Shown here: positions 20,140 to 29,367 of the stretch, piece after piece
How positions within the stretch are numbered: the first letter of the stretch is position 1
How the letters are laid out: every line of letters begins with the position of its first letter
Origin: an uncultured delta proteobacterium
GTDB lineage: Bacteria > Myxococcota > Myxococcia > SLRQ01
Assembly (NCBI GenBank): GCA_963727485.1
Contig: CAVSGM010000011.1
Coordinates: 32,001-96,000 of the forward strand
Reading direction: 5' to 3'
DNA: 64,000 bases
The notes under the pieces: model-generated
What the model was told of the DNA's origin: nothing
What the model saw: only the letters and a program-made list of their open reading frames with translations
The model's database searches: none
Position numbers and translations under genes: made by a program

Positions 20140-20812
20140 CGTCGTCCTCCTGGGCCACCAAGCGGAAGCCCGCCCCCCGTACGGTTTCGATGCGAACCGG
20201 CGAACCCTGGAGCTTCCGGCGGAGATGGGCCAGGTGCACGTCGACGAGGTTGGTGCCCGGGTCGAAGTCGTAGCCGAAGGCCTGCCGGAGGATCTCCGGC
20301 CTGGAGAGCACCTCGCCCCGGCGACGGAGCAGGAGCGCGAGGAAGGCGTGCTCTCGCGGTGAGAGGCCGACCCGCCGGTCTCCGACCCGCACCTCGAGGG
20401 CGCCGGCCTCCAGGCTCAGGCCGGGGACGCCCAGGGGGGCCCACCTCGGCGCCGCCGCCCGACGCATCACCGCGCGGAGCCGAGCGAGCAGCTCCTCGAA
20501 GGCCACAGGCTTGATGAGGAAATCGTCGGCACCAGCCTCGAGGGCGTCTACGCGGGTCCGGAGGGCGTCCCGGGCGGTGAGCACCAGGATCGGGACCCAG
20601 AGACCCGCGTCCCGGGCCGCGGTGATCACCTGCCGCCCCTCCATGTCGGGAAGGCCGAGGTCGAGGACGATCCCGTCGAGATCCGCCTCGGAGAGACGGG
20701 ACAGTGCGTCTGTGCCCCGGGTCACGGCCTCCACGGTGAACCCCTCCTCGGTGAGCCCCCGCGACAGGGAGGCCACCAGGCGCGCGTTGTCTTCCACGAG
20801 GAGGATGGGCAC
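20132..20812 (-). CDS. OmpR/PhoB-family response regulator (QseB/PmrA/CusR-like)
   Basis: ILLVEDN, VLDLGLPD, LVLTARD, GADDFLIKP and winged helix NLVDVHLAHLRRKL...IETVRGAGF. Confidence 0.92.
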   Translation of the reverse strand: MPILLVEDNARLVASLSRGLTEEGFTVEAVTRGTDALSRLSEADLDGIVLDLGLPDMEGRQVITAARDAGLWVPILVLTARDALRTRVDALEAGADDFLIKPVAFEELLARLRAVMRRAAAPRWAPLGVPGLSLEAGALEVRVGDRRVGLSPREHAFLALLLRRRGEVLSRPEILRQAFGYDFDPGTNLVDVHLAHLRRKLQGSPVRIETVRGAGFRLVAQEDDVG

Positions 20813-20860
20813 GGCTAAGGGGTAACACCCGCGGGCCTCCGGTGACACAGCCCGGACCGC

Positions 20861-20877
20861 CTTAACGAAGACTTAAC
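20861..20877. promoter_or_regulatory. PmrA/QseB-like direct repeat CTTAAC-N5-CTTAAC
   Basis: Exact hexamer repeat at 11-bp period between the divergent regulator and PepSY genes. Confidence 0.65.
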
Positions 20878-20932
20878 CGGCGCCGCGGGGAGCGAAGCCG
20901 CATGCTGACCCCCAACCCCAAGGAGGTAGCAA

Positions 20933-21265
20933 ATGGGCAACCTGTCCAAGACCGCACGCATCCTCGTCCTCGCCTTCGGGCTCTCCCTGGTGCCGGCCTC
21001 GGCCGCGTTCGCCGAGGGACACCGCCCCCCCGCCCGTCACCACAAGGTCTCCATGAAGCAGGCCCGACAGACGGCGCTCGCCCGGGTCGCCGGCACGGTG
21101 CGGGGCCACGAGCTGGAGTACGAGAAGGGCCGGTGGATCTACTCCTTCGAGATCCACGTGAAGGGCGAGCCCCGCTCCCGGATCCACGAGGTGAACGTCG
21201 ACGCCGACAGTGGTCGCATCGTCGACGTGTCCGTGGAGAACGACTCGGGCGAAGGGGGCGACTGA
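20933..21265 (+). CDS. Secreted PepSY-domain protein
   Basis: Signal peptide ending AFA; VSMKQARQTALARVAG...ELEYEKGRWIYSFEI...EVNVDADSGRIV; AAGGAGG RBS. Confidence 0.85.
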   Translation: MGNLSKTARILVLAFGLSLVPASAAFAEGHRPPARHHKVSMKQARQTALARVAGTVRGHELEYEKGRWIYSFEIHVKGEPRSRIHEVNVDADSGRIVDVSVENDSGEGGD

Positions 21266-21274
21266 CCGCCGCCC

Positions 21275-21985
21275 TCAGCGGCCGAGGGCGGCCCAGCCAA
21301 AGCGCAGGAGCGGCAGGGCCGCCTCGGCGAAGTCGACCACCCGGGTCACCAGGCGCTCGCTGCCCATGTCGCGGACGGAGAGCGACCGGCGGACGATGAA
21401 CGACTTGTGCTTGATCACCTCGAGCACCGCGGCGTCGTCCACGTCCTCGAAGCCCCGGGGCGCGCGCTTGAGGACGTCGTCGCCCCCGAGGGTGAGGCCG
21501 GCGGCGTCGAGCTCGGCGAGGACCTTGTCGAAGGTCCTCTGGCGCTTCACCACCGCCTGGCGCAGGGCCTTCAGGGCCGGCGGGTCGGGACGGTAGAACC
21601 CGGCGGCGGTGAAGCAGCCCTCGGGATCGAGGTGCACGTAGAGGAGCCCCGGCGAGAGCTTCCCGCCGTCGCGGGTGAGGGTGGCGCCGGCGTTGGTCTT
21701 GTAGGGGCGCTTGTCCTTGGAGAAGCGCACGTCCCGGTGGATGCGGAACATCGCGCGCTTGGGATCGCCCTTCAGCGGCAGCTTCCGGGCGGCCAGCGCC
21801 TGGGAGAGCTCGGCGACCAGGGCCTGCATCGGCCCCTTCACCTCCCGCTCGTAGTCGCCCTTGTGGGCCTCGAACCAGTCCCGGGACTGGATCCCGGCGA
21901 GCTCGTCGAGGAACTCGAAGGCCCCGGGGCCGAAGCCGGTGAAGCCGGGTCCGGCGGTCTCCGTGGTCTGTCGTACCCTCGCCAT
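21275..21985 (-). CDS. DUF2461 family protein
   Basis: FEFLDELA..SRDWFEAHK, MFRIHRDVRFSKDKRPYKTN, LKRAPRGF. Confidence 0.88.
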   Translation of the reverse strand: MARVRQTTETAGPGFTGFGPGAFEFLDELAGIQSRDWFEAHKGDYEREVKGPMQALVAELSQALAARKLPLKGDPKRAMFRIHRDVRFSKDKRPYKTNAGATLTRDGGKLSPGLLYVHLDPEGCFTAAGFYRPDPPALKALRQAVVKRQRTFDKVLAELDAAGLTLGGDDVLKRAPRGFEDVDDAAVLEVIKHKSFIVRRSLSVRDMGSERLVTRVVDFAEAALPLLRFGWAALGR

Positions 21986-22041
21986 CCGCACCTCCCTTGG
22001 CCTGCGTGGGACGGGGTGTACCATGCACCCGAGCCCGCCCG

Positions 22042-22533
22042 ATGCCCAACGGTCCCATCCAGCGCTTCCTCGAGGCCGACCACGCCCGCCTCGACGCCCT
22101 CCTCGCCGGCGCCCTCGCCGCCCCCCAGGCCGACGGGGCCGCCTACCTCGCCTTCCGCGAGGGCCTCCTCCGGCACATCGCCATGGAGGAGAAGGTGCTC
22201 CTGCCCGAGGCACGACGGCGACAGGGGCGGGCGTCACTCCCCGGCGGCGATCAGCTCCGCGCCGACCACCGGGCGCTGGCCGCCCTCCTGGTCCCGCCCC
22301 CGAGCCCCGCGCTCCTGGAGACGGTGGGGGCGGTCCTCGCCGAGCACAACCCCCTCGAGGAGGGGCCCGGCGCCCTCTACGCCTTCTGCGAGCAGCTGGT
22401 CGGCGACGAGGCCGACGCCGTCCTCGCGCGCCTGGAGGCGGTGCCCCCGGTCAAGGTGTCGCCCCACCGGGACGGGCCGCAGATCCGGGCGCACCTGGAT
22501 CGGCTCCTCGCCGCGCGCGCCGCGGTCGGGTAG
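22042..22533 (+). CDS. Hemerythrin-like (HHE cation-binding) protein
   Basis: DHARLD...RHIAMEEKVLLP...ADHRAL...EHNPLEE. Confidence 0.78.
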   Translation: MPNGPIQRFLEADHARLDALLAGALAAPQADGAAYLAFREGLLRHIAMEEKVLLPEARRRQGRASLPGGDQLRADHRALAALLVPPPSPALLETVGAVLAEHNPLEEGPGALYAFCEQLVGDEADAVLARLEAVPPVKVSPHRDGPQIRAHLDRLLAARAAVG

Positions 22534-22606
22534 TCGGCGCCGTGCGGCGGCGGGCGCGTGGCGACCCGGGCTTGAATGTCCGGGCTTCGCCCCCGTCCAG
22601 AGGCCC

Positions 22607-23182
22607 ATGAAGACACGAATCGCACCGCTGGTGGGCGTGGCCATCCTCCTCTGGGTGACCCCCGCCCTCGCGGACCCCGCGCCGTCCTGCACCTCGGCCT
22701 ACGGGAAGACGGCCTGCGGGTTCCACTGCGTCGCCGCGTACGGGCAAATCCAATGTGCCGAGACCCCCGAGGGCCGGTGCCAGGCGGCCTACGGCAAGGT
22801 GACCTGCTGGGACCCGCTGCCCGCCGAGCGGCACCGGGGCCATCACCGGGAACGGGAGGCCGGCGAGTCGGAGGCGCACCCGGGATCGCACCGCCCCCGG
22901 GCCGCGGCCTCATGCAGGTCGGCCTATGGCAAGACGGAGTGTGGGTACCACTGTGTCGCCAAGTACGGGAAGGTGGCCTGCGCCGCCACCCCGGAGGGCG
23001 CCTGCGCCGCCGCCTACGGCAAGGTGGTGTGCTGGGACCCTCCGCGCCAACGTCCGCGACCGCGCCGTGAGACTCCGCGCGCGTCCTGCCTCGCCGCCTA
23101 CGGGCAGATCGCCTGTGGCTACGATTGCACCGCCGCCTACGGCAAGGTGCGCTGCGCGACCACCCCAACTCGAGAGAGATGA
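22607..23182 (+). CDS. Secreted Cys-rich AYG-repeat protein; last repeat truncated
   Basis: Signal peptide ending ALA; about 2.7 copies of SCxxAYGxxxCG(F/Y)xCxAxYGxxxCAxTPEGxCxAAYGKVxCWDP. Confidence 0.75.
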   Translation: MKTRIAPLVGVAILLWVTPALADPAPSCTSAYGKTACGFHCVAAYGQIQCAETPEGRCQAAYGKVTCWDPLPAERHRGHHREREAGESEAHPGSHRPRAAASCRSAYGKTECGYHCVAKYGKVACAATPEGACAAAYGKVVCWDPPRQRPRPRRETPRASCLAAYGQIACGYDCTAAYGKVRCATTPTRER

Positions 23183-23185
23183 GCC

Positions 23186-23731
23186 ATGAACCTCCCTGAC
23201 GTCCGCTGGTCCAACCTCGCCGTCGTCACCTTCAGCCTGGCTGCGCTCCTCTCCGTCGCGGCCGGGAGCGGCAAGGGGGTCCCCTCGGGCCCCGGCGCGA
23301 CGCCGCCGCCCGCCGCGCCGGCCGCCCGGAAGGCGGGGCCCATCGTGATCGTGCCCGGCAAGTCCATCGGCGAGGTCCACCTGGGCATGCCGCGCGCCAA
23401 GGTCGAGGCCCTGGGCCTCGAGCGCCACCCGCGCTACGCGAAGATGACGATCCCCTACACGGTCTACTACGACGCCCACGGCCGGGTGAGGGGCGTCGAG
23501 GTCTCGCTCGAGCACGCCGGCCGAGAGGTCACCCTCGAGGGTCGGCGCATCCCCGGGCACGCCACCTTCGCCGAAGCCGTGGCCGCGGTCGGCGGGTGCG
23601 AGAAGCCGGCACCGCAGACCGGAGGGACCGTCGCCCGCTGCCACGGTGGGGTGGAGGTCAGGGTGGGCGGCGCCGACCCGGCCGAGGTCTGGATCCGGAT
23701 TGCCCAGCCCCCTGCCGGTTCGGCGCCCTAG
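23186..23731 (+). CDS. Hypothetical secreted protein
   Basis: Hydrophobic N-terminus, Pro/Ala linker, [14 protein letters not shown] start of a globular domain. Confidence 0.65.
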   Translation: MNLPDVRWSNLAVVTFSLAALLSVAAGSGKGVPSGPGATPPPAAPAARKAGPIVIVPGKSIGEVHLGMPRAKVEALGLERHPRYAKMTIPYTVYYDAHGRVRGVEVSLEHAGREVTLEGRRIPGHATFAEAVAAVGGCEKPAPQTGGTVARCHGGVEVRVGGADPAEVWIRIAQPPAGSAP

Positions 23732-25116
23732 GGTCCGAGGGGCAGCCCGGCCTGGCCCGGATCGGTGGTGACCTGGGCCCAGAAGGACACCTGGCTCTGG
23801 CGCGCGCAGGCGCCGGGCCGGCTGGGATCGTAGGGCGTGTAGACGGGCACCGGGCAGGCCCGCGTGGACGACCCGGTCTCCTGGACGGCGTAGCGGAACT
23901 CGAAGCGGTCTCCCGCCTGGAACGCCGGGGCGGGGAACTTGGGGATCCAGTAGATCGAAGAGACCAGGTCGGTGACGTCGGCGCCATCCGCCGGGGCGGC
24001 GAAGCTGACCGACTGGCCGTCGGGTGCCACCTGGACCTGGCCGCCGAGGGCGTAGTCGCTGGACACCCCGAAGGTCCCGACCGGTGCCGCGCCGCCGGCG
24101 CCCGACACCGCCTGGCGCAGGGACACGGTGACCTGGGTGGCCAGGTTGTCCCAGGCGCCCAGGTAGTCGGTGAGGAAGCCCGGGTCGCCGGCGGCCGGGT
24201 GGCCCGGGCCCGTCCGGGCGAGGAGGTAGACGCCGCCAAAGCTCGAGGGGTCGAGGGAGATGTTGGCCTGGAGCCCGGGGAGGGCCTGGCCGGGGACGAG
24301 CTGGTCCTCCGCCATCACGCCCAGGCCGCCGATCGCGTCCCCGGCGACCTGGCGGGTGGTTCCGTCGGCGAGGGCCACCCGGACCTGGGGGGCGTATTGG
24401 GGCACGGCGACGGAGATGGCCTTGGCGCGGGCGGCGTAGACGGTGCCGTCGCTGCCGACGAACTGGTACTGGAGGGTCACCTGGAGGCTCGACTGGCCCT
24501 TCAGGGTCGTGGGCGGTGCGTAGAGGAGGTACCACCCGCGCTGCCCGGTGGCGGCGAACGAGGTCGCCAGGCTCACCCCGCCGGCATCGCAGGAGAGGGG
24601 CGTGGGGTCGAAGACCTGGGCGAGGTCGGTGACCCCGGTGAGGTCGAGGCGCCCGTCGGCGGTGAGGTGGGCCCCCTGGGTCGGGGCGGGCGGGTAGTAG
24701 CGGCCGTCGGAGGCGCTGCACCCGCTGATCATCAGCCCGAAGTCGTCGCCGGTGGGTGAGACGCCGGAGAGGTGCACCGCCAGGTCGTAGGGGAAGGCCA
24801 CGGCGGCGGCGCCGGCGATGGTGGCGGGGACGCAGGGCCCACAGCTCCCCCCGCAGTCCACCGCGGTCTCGTCGCCGTTGCGCACTCCGTCGCTGCAGCT
24901 CGGCGCCTGGCAGGTCCCGTCGTCGCACACGCCGCTTTGGCAGTCGGTCCCGGCGCCGCAGGCGTCTCCGGCGGTACCACCGGGGCTGCCGCCGTCGCTG
25001 CCGCTGCCCGGGCCGCCGTCGGCGCCAGCGGTCGACGGCGCTCGGGCGTTACAGCCCGCGGCGAGGGCGGCGCAGAGGAGGAGGACCAGGGGAGCGGGCG
25101 GGGTGCGATGGGTCAT
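23728..25116 (-). CDS. Cys-rich lipoprotein (myxobacterial DGxxNGDETxVDCGG module) with an unknown C-terminal domain
   Basis: Lipobox LAAGC; CQSGVC...[24 protein letters not shown]. Confidence 0.75.
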   Translation of the reverse strand: MTHRTPPAPLVLLLCAALAAGCNARAPSTAGADGGPGSGSDGGSPGGTAGDACGAGTDCQSGVCDDGTCQAPSCSDGVRNGDETAVDCGGSCGPCVPATIAGAAAVAFPYDLAVHLSGVSPTGDDFGLMISGCSASDGRYYPPAPTQGAHLTADGRLDLTGVTDLAQVFDPTPLSCDAGGVSLATSFAATGQRGWYLLYAPPTTLKGQSSLQVTLQYQFVGSDGTVYAARAKAISVAVPQYAPQVRVALADGTTRQVAGDAIGGLGVMAEDQLVPGQALPGLQANISLDPSSFGGVYLLARTGPGHPAAGDPGFLTDYLGAWDNLATQVTVSLRQAVSGAGGAAPVGTFGVSSDYALGGQVQVAPDGQSVSFAAPADGADVTDLVSSIYWIPKFPAPAFQAGDRFEFRYAVQETGSSTRACPVPVYTPYDPSRPGACARQSQVSFWAQVTTDPGQAGLPLGP

Positions 25117-25221
25117 GCGGGTACCGGTGGATCCCCGGAGCCCGACGACTATGGGGCTCCTCCGCCCGCTCGGGGAGCCCGCCCGGGTCGACGTAAGGCC
25201 CCAGGTAAGGGGCCCGACCGG

Positions 25222-26214
25222 TCAGTGTGCCACCGGGGCCGGGGCCCCGCCCACCACCCGGAGGGCCGGGGCCGCCCGCCACCCGGTCTCCTCGCCGGCG
25301 GAGAGGTACTCGACCGCGCCCAGGGCGGCCACGGTCCCGTCGGCCACCGCGGTGGTGATCTGGCGGTAGCGCTTCACCCGGCAGTCGCCGGCGGCGAAGA
25401 CCCCGGGGACGCTGGTGCGCAGGGCGTCGTCGGTGACGATCTCGCCGCGGCCTGTGAGCTCGACCACCCCCTCGAGGAAGCCGGTGTTGGGGAGGTAGCC
25501 GATGAAGAGGAAGGCGCCGGTGGCGGGGATCACCGTCTCGGTGCCGTCGTGCTTGGAGGCGACCACCACCTCTTCCAGGTGGTCCTCGCCGCGGAAGGCC
25601 CGGACCTCCTGGGCCATGAGGAAGCGGATCTTCGCGTTGGCCTCGGCCTCGGCCACCGCCCAGGGCTGGGCCTGGAACGCGTCGAACTCGTGGATCACGG
25701 TGACCGACCGGGCGTAGCGGGTCAGGGACACCGACTCCTCGAGGGCCGAGTTGCCGCCGCCGATGACCACGATGTCCTGGTCGGTGAAGAAGTCGCCGTC
25801 GCAGGTGGCGCAGTAGGAGATGCCCCGGCCCTCGAAGGCGGCCTCGGAGGGGAGACCCAGCTTCCGAGGCACACCTCCGGGGGCCAGGACGACCGCGCGG
25901 GAAGTCAGGGGGCCCTCGCCAGCGAGGGTCACCGTCTTCGGGAATCCCGCGAGGTCGAACGACTCGACCTCGGCCTGGGAGACGACCCGGCAGCCGAACT
26001 GCTCGGCCTGCCGGCGCATCGCCCGGGCGAGCTGGTGCCCCGAGACGTCCGGGGCACCCGGGTAGTTGGCGACGGCGTAGGAGAGGATCATCTGCCCGCC
26101 GACGGTGCCGGTGTCGACCACCAGGGTGCGCTGGCGCGCCCGGGCGAGGTAGATGCCGGCGGTGAGCCCGGCGGGGCCGCCGCCGAGGACGATGACGTCG
26201 TAGTCCGTGGACAT
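25222..26214 (-). CDS. trxB: Thioredoxin-disulfide reductase
   Basis: GGGPAGLTAG, GRGISYCATCDG, GGGNSALEE, TSVPGVFAAGD, QITTAVADG. Confidence 0.93.
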   Translation of the reverse strand: MSTDYDVIVLGGGPAGLTAGIYLARARQRTLVVDTGTVGGQMILSYAVANYPGAPDVSGHQLARAMRRQAEQFGCRVVSQAEVESFDLAGFPKTVTLAGEGPLTSRAVVLAPGGVPRKLGLPSEAAFEGRGISYCATCDGDFFTDQDIVVIGGGNSALEESVSLTRYARSVTVIHEFDAFQAQPWAVAEAEANAKIRFLMAQEVRAFRGEDHLEEVVVASKHDGTETVIPATGAFLFIGYLPNTGFLEGVVELTGRGEIVTDDALRTSVPGVFAAGDCRVKRYRQITTAVADGTVAALGAVEYLSAGEETGWRAAPALRVVGGAPAPVAH

Positions 26215-26239
26215 GGATCCGCTCCCGTGCCGTCCGAGC

Positions 26240-26596
26240 TCAGGCCGCCTTGGCGGTGAGCTTGCTGTCGAGGATGGCGGTGACCTGCTGCCGGTTCTGG
26301 ATGCTGCTGGTGGCCGCGGCCACCTTGCCGTTCTTGAAGTAGACGACGAAGGGCAGGCCGGTGAAGCCCGCGGTCTGCGGCAGGCTGCGGATGGTCTCCA
26401 TCGCCACCTGGCTGTCGAAGAGCATGTCGCGGAAGGCGACGTGGCCGTAGGGCTCCTCGAGCTGCTCCATCACGTCGTAGACCGGCAGGCACATCGGGCC
26501 CATCCGGCCGCAGCAAATCATCACGTTCTCGTTGTCGGAGAGGAGGGCGTCGAAGGCGTCCTTGGACTCGATGTGCTTCAGGTTGGTGTCGAGCAT
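26240..26596 (-). CDS. Thioredoxin-fold protein with an atypical CCGRMGPMC motif
   Basis: NENVMICCGRMGPMCLPVY...GLPFVVYFKNGKV (cis-Pro region of the Trx fold). Confidence 0.75.
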   Translation of the reverse strand: MLDTNLKHIESKDAFDALLSDNENVMICCGRMGPMCLPVYDVMEQLEEPYGHVAFRDMLFDSQVAMETIRSLPQTAGFTGLPFVVYFKNGKVAAATSSIQNRQQVTAILDSKLTAKAA

Positions 26597-26636
26597 GGCA
26601 AAATCCCTTTCGTAGGGACGTTGGGGTTTGGGGGGA

Positions 26637-26921
26637 CTACCCGTCGATGGCGTCGGCCTCGACGTATCGGGCCAGCAGGTCGGCGACCGAGACCAGCTTC
26701 AGCGTGTCTCCGTCCACCTTCAGCTCCTCGCCGGCGAAGCGCTTGTAGACGACGCGGTCGCCCACCACGACGCCGTTCTCGACGCCGGTGGCCACCGCCA
26801 GGACCTTGCCCTCCGCCGGCGCCTCGCGGGCGGACTCGGGGACGAAGAGGCCCGACGCGGTCTTCTCCTCGGCCTCGATGGGCTTGACCAGGATGAAATC
26901 TCCAAGGGGCTGCACGTTCAT
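26637..26921 (-). CDS. groES: Co-chaperonin GroES, with no adjacent groEL
   Basis: VQPLGDFILVKPIEAEEKTASGLFVPESA...GKVLAV...VGDRVVYKRFAGEELKVDG. Confidence 0.9.
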   Translation of the reverse strand: MNVQPLGDFILVKPIEAEEKTASGLFVPESAREAPAEGKVLAVATGVENGVVVGDRVVYKRFAGEELKVDGDTLKLVSVADLLARYVEADAIDG

Positions 26922-26933
26922 GGTTCGAGTCTC

Positions 26934-27527
26934 CTAGCCCTGGGCGAGGCCCAGGAGCTTGTCGAGCTGGGGTTTGTCGAAGCCGACGACGAAGTGGCCG
27001 TCGACGTCGGTCTGGGGCACGCCCCGCTGGCCGGTGCGTGCGGTGAGCTGCTGCGCCGCCTTGGGATCCTGCGAGACGTCGACCTCGCGGAAGGCGACGC
27101 GGTTGCGCTTGAGGTAGTCCTTGACCCGGACGCACCAGGGGCAGGTCTGGGTGGTGTAGACGGTGACCCGGCGGGGGCGCTTCGTCTCACCGTCCCGGGG
27201 GGCGGCGGCGAGGACGGTGCCGGTGACCAGGGCCTCGTACTCGGTCAGCGGGCGCTCGCCGGCGATGACCTGGACCACCTTGTCGCCCCGCACCTTGATC
27301 ACCGCGGGGACCGAGGTGACGCCGTAGTGGGTGTGGACGTCCTTCACCCGGCCCACGTCGACCCGGTAGAGGGGCGCGTCGGGGTGCTTGTCCGCGAGCT
27401 GATCGAAGACCGGCCGCTGGCGCCGCGAGCGCTCGGAGAACTCGCCGAAGAAGCCGAGGTAGGCGACGCCGTCGTCGCCGAGGTCGGCGCGGAGGGTCTC
27501 GAGACCGTCTACGTCCTTGATGGCCAT
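26934..27527 (-). CDS. Fusion of a CxxC-less thioredoxin domain and a glutaredoxin-like (NrdH/YruB, CPWC) domain
   Basis: N-domain FSERS...YRVDV...YGVTSVPAVI; C-domain VTVYTTQTCPWC...GQRGVPQTDVDG. Confidence 0.82.
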   Translation of the reverse strand: MAIKDVDGLETLRADLGDDGVAYLGFFGEFSERSRRQRPVFDQLADKHPDAPLYRVDVGRVKDVHTHYGVTSVPAVIKVRGDKVVQVIAGERPLTEYEALVTGTVLAAAPRDGETKRPRRVTVYTTQTCPWCVRVKDYLKRNRVAFREVDVSQDPKAAQQLTARTGQRGVPQTDVDGHFVVGFDKPQLDKLLGLAQG

Positions 27528-27561
27528 GGTGTGGTTCGCTCCGTGTCTCGAAGGGTGGGAA

Positions 27562-27882
27562 TCAGCCGGCGGCCGCCTGGGCCCCGGCGCAGGCCTTCGC
27601 CGACGCCGCCAGGGTGGTGAGCGCGGTGAGCACCCGGCGCACCGCCCGGGCGTTGGCGAGCTTGTAGACCCGGCAGCGGCCGTCGGGCTCGCAGTCGAGG
27701 AGCCCGGCGTCGCGCAGCGTGGCGAGGTGCTTGGAGACCACCGGCTGGGGCTCGCCGAGGGCCTCGATGAGCTCGGAGACGATGTGGGGGCCGGTGGCGA
27801 GGCGCTCGAGGATCGCCAGGCGCAGGGGGTGCGCCAGGACGGTGCCGAGGCGGGCGGTGGCGTCTCGCTGGTCGGGGTGCAT
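27562..27882 (-). CDS. ArsR/SmtB family regulator
   Basis: LAHPLRLAILERL...VSELIEALGEPQPVVSKHLATLRDAGLL. Confidence 0.85.
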   Translation of the reverse strand: MHPDQRDATARLGTVLAHPLRLAILERLATGPHIVSELIEALGEPQPVVSKHLATLRDAGLLDCEPDGRCRVYKLANARAVRRVLTALTTLAASAKACAGAQAAAG

Positions 27883-27910
27883 CGGGGGGGCTCCCGGGGT
27901 CGGGGGAAAA

Positions 27911-27968
27911 CATTCCATCTACGACATATGTCGCGGCTGGTATGTAACGCCCCCGGCCGCCGTGTCAA
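27911..27968 (-). promoter_or_regulatory. Sigma70-type promoter overlapped by a dyad operator (probable ArsR site)
   Basis: TTGACA on the minus strand at 27968-27963; perfect palindrome CGACATATGTCG (27922-27933) extending to a 13/17-match dyad at 27911-27944. Confidence 0.6.
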
Positions 27969-28035
27969 GGCCGTCCTGGCCTGGGGGCCGCCGCCGCCCT
28001 ATCCTGGCGCCGCCCCCCCCGGCCCAGGAGACCCC

Positions 28036-28647
28036 ATGGCCAGCCAGGATCGCTTCGTCGATCGCTACCGGGACGCCGACCCCGAGGACCTCCCCTGGTT
28101 CCACGCCGAGCCGGACCCGGACCTCCTCGCCCTCTTCAACGGGGTCCTCCCCGAGCCCGCGGCCCGGGTCCTCGATCTCGGCGCCGGCCCCTCGGTCCAC
28201 GGCATCGAGCTCGCCGCCCGGGGACACCGGGTCACCTGCATCGACGGCGTGCCCGAGGCCCGGGACATGGCAATGGCGCTCGCCGAGCGCCGGGGCGTCG
28301 CCCTCGACTACCGGGTGGGCGACGCCATCCGGGAGACCCCCGAGGGGCCCTTCGACCTCATCCTCGATCGGGGGTTCCTCCACACCCTCGAGCCCGGCGA
28401 GCGCCCGGTGTGGCGCGCCGCGGTGGCCGGCGCCCTGGCCGAGGGCGGGTCGCTGGTCATCAAGTGCTTCGACCGGCGCCCGCCCCGGGACTTCGGGCCC
28501 ACCGGGCTCACCGCCCGGGAGGTGGTCGAGGCCCTCGGCGATCCCGAGCCCGGGGGCCTCGCCCTCGAGCGCCTCGCCCGCACCCGCTTCCCCGGCCACG
28601 CGGGCCGGCCCCACGCCACCTGGACGGTGCTGGCGCGCAAGCTCTAG
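28036..28647 (+). CDS. Class I SAM-dependent methyltransferase (TPMT/TehB-like)
   Basis: LPWF, RVLDLGAGP, FDLILDRGFLHTL. Confidence 0.85.
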   Translation: MASQDRFVDRYRDADPEDLPWFHAEPDPDLLALFNGVLPEPAARVLDLGAGPSVHGIELAARGHRVTCIDGVPEARDMAMALAERRGVALDYRVGDAIRETPEGPFDLILDRGFLHTLEPGERPVWRAAVAGALAEGGSLVIKCFDRRPPRDFGPTGLTAREVVEALGDPEPGGLALERLARTRFPGHAGRPHATWTVLARKL

Positions 28648-29295
28648 TCAGCCCGCGTCGTCGTCGTCCGCCTCGCCCTCGAGCCCCTCGAGGCCCTCGT
28701 GGACGAGCCAGGGGACCATGACGAGCGCCGCCACCGGATCCGCCCACCCCCAACCGAAGGCCGCGTGGGCCCCGAGGCCGACGAGCAGGGTCAGCGAGAG
28801 GTAGCTGCACGCCAGCGACTCCTTGGCCTCGGCGGCGAGCGCCCGGCTCCCGAGCCCCCGCGCCGCCCGGAGCTTCCCCCAGGCGAGCAGCGGCATCACC
28901 ACCAGCGCCGCCGCCGCCACGGCGATCCCGAGCGGGCTCACCGCCGGCCTGGCGCCGGTGAGCAGCGTGTGCCCGGCCCCCACCGTCACGTAGGCGGCGA
29001 GGAGGAGGAAGGTCACGCCGATCACCCGCTCCACCCGGCGCTCCCGCCCCTCGAGGGCCTCGGGGTGGGCGCCGCGCGCCTCGCCGGCGACCCGCCACAG
29101 GACCAGGGCCGCGGCGGCGATCTCGATGCCGCTGTCCAGGCCGAAGCCGGTGAGGGCGATGCTCCCGGCCCGCGCCCCGGACCAGAGGGCGACCCCGGCC
29201 TCGACGGCGTCCCAGAGGAGGGTCGCGACCAGGAGCCACCGGGCACGGCGCAGGCAGCGGCGGTGGGCTTCGGGGGTCGGCGTGGGATCGGTCAC
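28648..29295 (-). CDS. Cation diffusion facilitator-like transporter (membrane domain only)
   Basis: AGSIALTGFGLDSGIE, SRALAAEAKES, WGWADPVAALV; no cytoplasmic C-terminal domain. Confidence 0.78.
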   Translation of the reverse strand: MTDPTPTPEAHRRCLRRARWLLVATLLWDAVEAGVALWSGARAGSIALTGFGLDSGIEIAAAALVLWRVAGEARGAHPEALEGRERRVERVIGVTFLLLAAYVTVGAGHTLLTGARPAVSPLGIAVAAAALVVMPLLAWGKLRAARGLGSRALAAEAKESLACSYLSLTLLVGLGAHAAFGWGWADPVAALVMVPWLVHEGLEGLEGEADDDDAG

Positions 29296-29367
29296 ACACC
29301 GCAGGCTAGCCGGCGAGGGCCGGGTCCGTCACCCCAACACGGGGCATGGCCCTCACGGACGGGCCGA

